Source of the DNA: Candidatus Heimdallarchaeota archaeon
GTDB lineage: Archaea; Asgardarchaeota; Heimdallarchaeia; JABLTI01
Direction of reading: 5' to 3'
Assembly (NCBI GenBank): GCA_019056785.1
Contig: DXJV01000100.1
Coordinates: 1 to 64,000 of the forward strand
DNA: 64,000 nt
Positions 58,452 through 64,000 of the stretch are shown in pieces (position 1 is the first letter of the stretch; every line of letters starts with the position of its first letter). Position numbers and translations under genes: made by a program. The notes beneath the pieces are model-generated. The model saw only the letters and a list, made by a program, of their open reading frames with translations. It had not been told where the DNA came from and ran no database searches.

Positions 58452-59000
58452 ATGAAAAAAATGCTCAAGAAAAAAACACTGTTAGTCCTCCCCCTTGTAC
58501 TTGGCTTGCTTTTAGCCCCGAGCCTTTTACGCCCCGCACAAGTTGCTCTTGCTGCATTCCCCCCGGTGCTTTCGGTCTCTCACTCTCCTTCGACTGTTTA
58601 TTATCAAACCAATGTAACTGTAATGGTCACGTTCACTGATGATACGAATGTTTCGTCCATTTTAGTGCAGTACTGCGCACTCGAGCCGGAGTTCCTATGC
58701 CACTTCCCTAAAATAACGATGATTCGTGTTAGCCCGAATACTTGGCAAGGGGCATTTGTTGTCCAAGAAGAAAGTGGCGTCATTGGCTATGAGTTACAAA
58801 TAACCTTCAATGATCAATTATACTTAGCTCCAAATGCGTCCGACTTTCTCGGCCATTCGAATATTGTTGAAGCTTCTCCAGGCGTCTTTTATTTCTCCAT
58901 TGATTTGAATCAAGAAACCAAGACATCGCCGTTTGGGGCGAAACCCTTACTGATTGGCTTTGTTTTTCTTGCTATTCTCATTTATCGGAAGAGACGATGA
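58452..59000 (+). CDS. Secreted Ig-like protein with a Cys pair and C-terminal anchor
   Basis: Signal peptide, YCALEPEFLC, C-terminal TM plus RKRR. Confidence 0.75.
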   Translation: MKKMLKKKTLLVLPLVLGLLLAPSLLRPAQVALAAFPPVLSVSHSPSTVYYQTNVTVMVTFTDDTNVSSILVQYCALEPEFLCHFPKITMIRVSPNTWQGAFVVQEESGVIGYELQITFNDQLYLAPNASDFLGHSNIVEASPGVFYFSIDLNQETKTSPFGAKPLLIGFVFLAILIYRKRR

Positions 59001-59010
59001 GAAGGATTTT

Positions 59011-59032
59011 TTTCCAGGAAATTTTCTGGAAA
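59011..59032. terminator. Near-perfect palindrome flanked by T-tracts between convergent genes
   Basis: TTTCCAGGAAATTTTCTGGAAA. Confidence 0.45.
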
Positions 59033-59048
59033 TTTTTTCTCTTTTTCT

Positions 59049-59501
59049 TCATGCCGTTTTAATGTCATAGGTTAAATTAATAGTAGTTTTCAACGAGTTT
59101 GTTATCAAGCAATACTTCTTCGTCAAGTCGACACATTTTTCTGCGGCTTTTCGATTTTCTTCGTCTTCTATGCGTATCTCGAGATGTACATCTACCTTTG
59201 TGAACATCATTCCTCGATCTTCAGCGGGGCCGAGAACGCCTGTCGCATCCACCGTCAACCCCACAAGGCCGATGTCAAGTTTTTCAGCCATGGCACAATA
59301 GGTGGTCAGTTTACAACCTGCAAGTGCTCCGACAAAAAGATCCTCCGGAGAATGAATGCCAGGCTTGCCGCCCTTAAATTCGGGGGGTGTAGCGATCTTA
59401 ATCAGTGGCTTTTCCTTGTCATCAAGGATGAAATTTCCCACTCTGTCTTCGATCATCTCAATTTTCACATGATATTTGTGTCCTTCTGCCAATTGGATCA
59501 C
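59049..59501 (-). CDS. OsmC/Ohr family protein
   Basis: PPEFKG...SPEDLFVGALAGC...KYCLITNSL. Confidence 0.92.
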   Translation of the reverse strand: MIQLAEGHKYHVKIEMIEDRVGNFILDDKEKPLIKIATPPEFKGGKPGIHSPEDLFVGALAGCKLTTYCAMAEKLDIGLVGLTVDATGVLGPAEDRGMMFTKVDVHLEIRIEDEENRKAAEKCVDLTKKYCLITNSLKTTINLTYDIKTA

Positions 59502-59614
59502 TCTTTCTTAGTTACTATGACAAAAGAATTTTAATCCTTTATTAAATTCCTTATTAGTAAGTGAGAAATTCTTCTTACCCAAAAAGTTAGAAACTAAAGT
59601 GTCGTGAAAAAAAA

Positions 59615-60388
59615 ATGGCAAAAGCACTCATAACTCTTCTCCCGCATGAAGCTAAAAAGATAATTGCTATTGGAATTACTCAATTAGACTTTCTTCAGGA
59701 AAAAATGAAGAAAGGACACATCTATATTGCTCGAGGAACGACAAATGCCTATGTTCTCGAGGAAATGATGGCAATTCGTGAATTCGATAAAAGCCGCTAT
59801 GTTGCAGGGCAAATTGTTCCTACCGGGAAACGGCTTACTGCCTGCCCCTCAGACAAACGGCTCAAAGAAGTGCTCTTTATTGATGGCAAACCGAAAGAAA
59901 TAGAGTCTATTCAGCAAGCACTTGATGTGATGGAAAAAGGTGATATCATTATTAAAGGGGGCAATGCTTTAGACCCCGATGGAGTTGCTGGCGTTCTATT
60001 GGGTGACCCACAAGGGGGCACGTGTGGCGCCTTTTGGGGGTCATTAGCCGCAAAAGGCCTCCGCTTGCTCATTCCCATCGGTCTCGAGAAGTTGGTCGCA
60101 CATTCCATTCTCTACAGCACACAAGATATGGGCATTCAAGAAGTGGACTTTGCAGACGGCTTTCCTTCTGGACTCTTCCCCTTAATTGGTGATGTATTCA
60201 CCGAGATAGATGCTTTATACACTCTCTTTGATTTGGATGATGTTATTCATGTAGCCAGCGGCGGTGTTGGCGGTGCTGAAGGAGCAGTCACTCTTTTACT
60301 CGTTGGCGAAAAAAATGTTATTAAGAAAGCCTTTGACTTCTGTCAAAAACTAAAAACCATCGAAGCATTTCACCCAACTCTCGAATAA
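59615..60388 (+). CDS. Conserved hypothetical protein
   Basis: RGTTNAY, IKGGNALD, GGT.G, PIGLEK, TEIDA, GGVGGAEG look like conserved motifs; function not recognised. Confidence 0.75.
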   Translation: MAKALITLLPHEAKKIIAIGITQLDFLQEKMKKGHIYIARGTTNAYVLEEMMAIREFDKSRYVAGQIVPTGKRLTACPSDKRLKEVLFIDGKPKEIESIQQALDVMEKGDIIIKGGNALDPDGVAGVLLGDPQGGTCGAFWGSLAAKGLRLLIPIGLEKLVAHSILYSTQDMGIQEVDFADGFPSGLFPLIGDVFTEIDALYTLFDLDDVIHVASGGVGGAEGAVTLLLVGEKNVIKKAFDFCQKLKTIEAFHPTLE

Positions 60389-60534
60389 GTTCGTCTCTTC
60401 CTCCACCCTTATTAGCCTACCCCTTGCAAAAAAATTGAAGGTAACTTTAAAGTGCCACCTAAGATAAATGATATTAAACATGAGGTTTTAGATAATAGTA
60501 ATTAGTGAAGAATTATTTGTGGTGAAACATTCTC

Positions 60535-61221
60535 ATGGCAATCAATACGCGGCGTCGTGCGCCGGCAATTAAACTGAAGATCCGTGACCTTCTTGAAGGC
60601 GAATTTGTCACTAACGCTGACGGTTCCAAAGCCCTTCACGTTAAAACGGATGATTTGTTACGACGGGCACGCATTCTAGGGGAGATTACCGGTAAAACCG
60701 TTGTAGAGCCGGAAGAAACAGTCATTCTCGAGATTACTGATAACACAGGAACCATTAAAGTGAAAGGAGGGGGCTCTAATTGGTCATCTGACCTTTATCT
60801 GGAATTAAAAGAATTGAAGGAAGGGATTTTAGTTGATATTGTAGGCTTAGTGCGAGAGGGTGTTGAAGGGCAAATTTACCTTGATGTTGAGCTCTGTTTG
60901 CCTATTAAAGACCAATCGATCACCTTATTACGGGATCTCGAGATTACGAAATATTACACACGTAAAGGCCTTACCAATCAGGCCTCAGAAGGCTTAGCAA
61001 CAGCAAAGAAAGAGCAAGAAACCCTCTCACGAAGCGATGAAATCAAGGATCAGATACTCGCGCTCTTAAAACAAGAAGAATATCTCGAAGAAGGTTGTTC
61101 TTTCGATGAAATTAAGCGACTGTTAAATCTTACAACAAAAGAACTCGAGCCTGAACTTCGCTCTCTTCAAAGTGACGGCGAAATTTTCGAGCCCATTCCT
61201 GGGACCTTTAAATACGTGTAG
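60535..61221 (+). CDS. RPA32/RPA2-like protein (OB fold plus C-terminal winged helix)
   Basis: RRAPAIKLKI, RARILG, DNTGTIKV, LRSLQSDGEIFEPIPG. Confidence 0.85.
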   Translation: MAINTRRRAPAIKLKIRDLLEGEFVTNADGSKALHVKTDDLLRRARILGEITGKTVVEPEETVILEITDNTGTIKVKGGGSNWSSDLYLELKELKEGILVDIVGLVREGVEGQIYLDVELCLPIKDQSITLLRDLEITKYYTRKGLTNQASEGLATAKKEQETLSRSDEIKDQILALLKQEEYLEEGCSFDEIKRLLNLTTKELEPELRSLQSDGEIFEPIPGTFKYV

Positions 61222-61264
61222 CTCAAAATTCTCCCGGACTTGTAGTGATACGTTTTTCTTTCAA

Positions 61265-61627
61265 CTACTTCTTCCTTTTTATAAACACTTTTGCAGCTAG
61301 CCCTCTCCCTAATGCCAATTTCGAGCCTTTCACTGTTATCATGACCGGTCCGTATTGAATCTTATTAACCAATTTTATTTCAGTTCCCGGGATGATCCCC
61401 AGTTCATTTAGCCGCTTGCATGCTCCCCTTCCGCCCTCAATTCGCAATACAATTCCTTTCTGCCCTGTTTTCAATGTGAGCAAGGATATGGCCTCTGCCT
61501 CTTCTCCGGGCATGTTCGGTATGGCACAATACCGTTCTCTTTTTTTAATTTTTAAATCTGCCATTTTCTTGCGCACCATTAAAGTCCAGTTAGAGTTAGG
61601 ATTGCCGAACTTTATAAACTTTCGCAT
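61265..61627 (-). CDS. feoA: Ferrous iron transport protein A
   Basis: GQKGIV...RLNELGIIPG...GPVMITVKGSKLALGRGLAAKV; true start likely internal. Confidence 0.9.
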   Translation of the reverse strand: MRKFIKFGNPNSNWTLMVRKKMADLKIKKRERYCAIPNMPGEEAEAISLLTLKTGQKGIVLRIEGGRGACKRLNELGIIPGTEIKLVNKIQYGPVMITVKGSKLALGRGLAAKVFIKRKK

Positions 61628-61651
61628 ATCCTATCTAAGAGTGAAAGAAAA

Positions 61652-62953
61652 TTATTTCTTAGTTTTTGCGTGTAAGAGCATTAACGTTCGCGCGGTGAGA
61701 TCACTGATGATTTCATTATAGTTAGCAAAGGCTTCTAGTGGGGTATCATAATGGGAAAAATAGGAATGCACCTCGCCTGGGCCGGCATCTGCCTGGGAGA
61801 TATAGTAGAGATGGTCGGAGGTGGTGAGCATCCGCCAAATTCGCAGGAGTGTCGGATTATTTAATTCCTTAATGGGGGCTTCGAGGAATTTCTGATCATC
61901 AAATGAGATGTGTTGTAATGGATTTTTAAGCCAGGCCCCCAGGTCACGATCGTCTGCCCAGCTGATTGTCGAAAAGTCGTCGATTGCTATCTTTCCTTTT
62001 GGCGAGTATTTTTCTGCCACTTCACCGGGCGTGAGGAACTCCAGATGTTCATACGTGAATACTTCACGAGGGAGATGTTTTAGGAACTCGAAAATCCCAC
62101 TTTCAGCCCAGAGGTGTTCTCCCAGTGACTCATAGTCCATGAAAATATTGATGCAATCGCCAGGAGAGTTTGCCAACCAAGAGGCATATTTGTCTGCATA
62201 GAGAGGGTATTCTTCCCAGCGCCCGGAGCCAAATCGAAATGCAATATCATCACTTAGCTGGTAGTTTCGCAAGAGTACCTTGAGGTTAGGGGCTATTACA
62301 CTTTCAAACACGTAGTTTGGTGATTGATTGTTGGCTGGCAGAATATGTTCTATTCCTTCTCCAAGTATCGTCTTAAACCCCAAGGCAGCCACTTCCTTCA
62401 TTATGGCATTATTTAAAATAAGTTCAGTATTTCGAAATGTTGTTGGTTTCCAGTGGAAGAGTTCTTGCATGATTTCGGAGTGTTGTTTCACCTGCTCGCG
62501 GAATTCCGTTTTGGTAGTGCCGTAAATTGCTGTTAAGGAATGATAATAGGTTTCCCCTAAAAATTCAACGCAACCGGTTTGTGCCAATTGTTTAAAGCTA
62601 TCCACAACATCCGGTGCATAGCGCTCAGCTTGTTCCAGCATTGTCCCCGTTAGACTGAAAGCAATTTTTACTTGCCGAGCATCGTTCCTAAATTCATCAA
62701 TGGCTTTCAACCAGACATCATTTGCCGGGAGGTAACATTTCTTTGCCACCCGTTGGAAAACATCTTTATTAAGTTCTTCATTGAAATATAATGCCTCGAG
62801 CTTCTCGATAGATTGCTCTTTGAAAAATCGGTCCCGACGGAAATTCTGGTTTAAACGATAGGGTTGATGAACCTGGAAATAGAACACAATCGATGTCAAA
62901 CGAATCACCAAGATAGTCACTTTTCCTCGGGATATTAAAGTTATCTTTTGCAT
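61652..62953 (-). CDS. GH57 alpha-amylase
   Basis: FQVHQP, ETYYHSL, FRNTEL, SDDIAFRF, DYESLGEH, SWAD, TSDHLYY. Confidence 0.94.
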   Translation of the reverse strand: MQKITLISRGKVTILVIRLTSIVFYFQVHQPYRLNQNFRRDRFFKEQSIEKLEALYFNEELNKDVFQRVAKKCYLPANDVWLKAIDEFRNDARQVKIAFSLTGTMLEQAERYAPDVVDSFKQLAQTGCVEFLGETYYHSLTAIYGTTKTEFREQVKQHSEIMQELFHWKPTTFRNTELILNNAIMKEVAALGFKTILGEGIEHILPANNQSPNYVFESVIAPNLKVLLRNYQLSDDIAFRFGSGRWEEYPLYADKYASWLANSPGDCINIFMDYESLGEHLWAESGIFEFLKHLPREVFTYEHLEFLTPGEVAEKYSPKGKIAIDDFSTISWADDRDLGAWLKNPLQHISFDDQKFLEAPIKELNNPTLLRIWRMLTTSDHLYYISQADAGPGEVHSYFSHYDTPLEAFANYNEIISDLTARTLMLLHAKTKK

Positions 62954-63027
62954 GGGAGTGGGAAAGAAAGGAGAAAATGAAAAAAAAAGAGGGACATGTT
63001 GAAAAAAACCATTTGTCTGCTGTGGCT

Positions 63028-64000
63028 CTAAAGTGAAGAGGAAATAATACCAATAAGGACGACGAAATCTTTTATAGGTAATTCATCAGCTTTCTGCCCC
63101 TGAGAAATTTTTGAGTGTTGAGTCTTGCAAAAACTTGCAAAATTAAAGAGATCAGTCGCCAGTTGTTGCACCTCACCTTTCAGGGTATCAAGGACGGTTG
63201 CAAAATTCTTCGCAGACTTCTTGGCAAATTTCTCAGCCTGAGCATATAATTTCTGTGCTCGACTACGATCTCTAATTTGTGCATATTCCTGGGCTTTAAT
63301 AATCGCTTGACAAGACTGGAAGAAGAGCATCGCAGCGGTAGTATGGATGTGCTTCTTATTAATATATTCCCAATCGACAATGTCCTCTGAGAGGACTTGG
63401 TATTTGTTTTTATGGTCTAAAATTGCTTTATAATGGGACGCCAATCGCTGCCAGATGGTAATAAGAGAGTCGAAGAGAGCGCCATGGCTTTCAATAATCA
63501 GAGAGGAGATTTCAGCGGGAATCTGCTTGAGGTCCAGAGAAGAAAGAACATCGGGTAAGCTCCGGAGTAAATAGCGCGCAAAGAAGTATTGATTCCCTGT
63601 ATGAAGAATGTTTGCCTCTTTAAGATGGCTTTGGATGAACGTTTTGCTGAATTCTTCTTTTACAAAGAATTTCAGCTCATCCAACACCTTTCCTGTAGGG
63701 AGATTCTCATAAGCCTCTTTTGCACTTAAGAAGCTCTTCACAAGTAAGCAGAGACCTTTTGTAGCGTTTTTCTCCCGCAAGCCTTTTAACCGGGTGGCTT
63801 CGCATGTGATGATATTCAATAATACCCTGCTCTTAGAGATAAGCATTGTACGGTCATCAATGAAAGGAGGCATAAGTAAAATGGACATCAAAATATCCTG
63901 GATCTTTTCAGTTTCTGTCTCACAAAAAGCATTTTTAATTGTAAGGTCCTGTTCATCGTCTTGCCAGGGCAAATTAAGGAACGCACGAGCAATGTTATCC
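63028..64000 (-). CDS. Hypothetical alpha-helical protein, partial (5' end outside the window)
   Basis: Frame stays open upstream of 63972 to the window edge. Confidence 0.7.
   Translation of the reverse strand, partial: DNIARAFLNLPWQDDEQDLTIKNAFCETETEKIQDILMSILLMPPFIDDRTMLISKSRVLLNIITCEATRLKGLREKNATKGLCLLVKSFLSAKEAYENLPTGKVLDELKFFVKEEFSKTFIQSHLKEANILHTGNQYFFARYLLRSLPDVLSSLDLKQIPAEISSLIIESHGALFDSLITIWQRLASHYKAILDHKNKYQVLSEDIVDWEYINKKHIHTTAAMLFFQSCQAIIKAQEYAQIRDRSRAQKLYAQAEKFAKKSAKNFATVLDTLKGEVQQLATDLFNFASFCKTQHSKISQGQKADELPIKDFVVLIGIISSSL

Noticed and set aside
204-63380. Numerous short ORFs antisense to or nested within confident genes (e.g. 791-1141, 31700-32236, 45367-45882)
   Set aside because: Shadow ORFs with no motifs, overlapping well-supported genes.
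1-64000. CRISPR array, rRNA genes, intact IS or transposase
   Set aside because: No regularly spaced repeats, rRNA-like stretch or transposase motifs seen by eye.

Overview
Gene-dense, low-GC archaeal chromosome segment, most likely from an Asgard archaeon (Heimdallarchaeia-like). This is inferred from several roadblock/longin proteins, Rag- and Rab-like GTPase domains, a DENN-like protein, an RPA32-like protein, a methanogen-type SerRS and Mch. Most of the window is housekeeping: DNA repair (EndoQ, Lhr, DinB), tRNA modification (QueC/E, PUA, Trm5/Taw2), redox and lipid enzymes, and cell-surface proteins. Two tRNA genes missing from the ORF track carry introns: tRNA-Ala(TGC) has two BHB introns (37/38 and 53/54), and tRNA-Arg(GCG) has a 31-nt anticodon-arm intron. 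Two AT-rich islands each appear to replace part of the gene they interrupt. (1) 48004-51171 lies between the separated 5' and 3' pieces of one Arg-type tRNA gene whose centre is missing. It carries an AbrB-type regulator, a tandem PD-(D/E)XK nuclease and its own intron-containing tRNA-Arg in the opposite orientation. This is the strongest candidate for an undescribed system. (2) 37479-39867 is a decayed defence islet inserted into a ferredoxin gene, supplying a recoded replacement 3' end. All protein calls come from motif recognition by eye; no searches were run.
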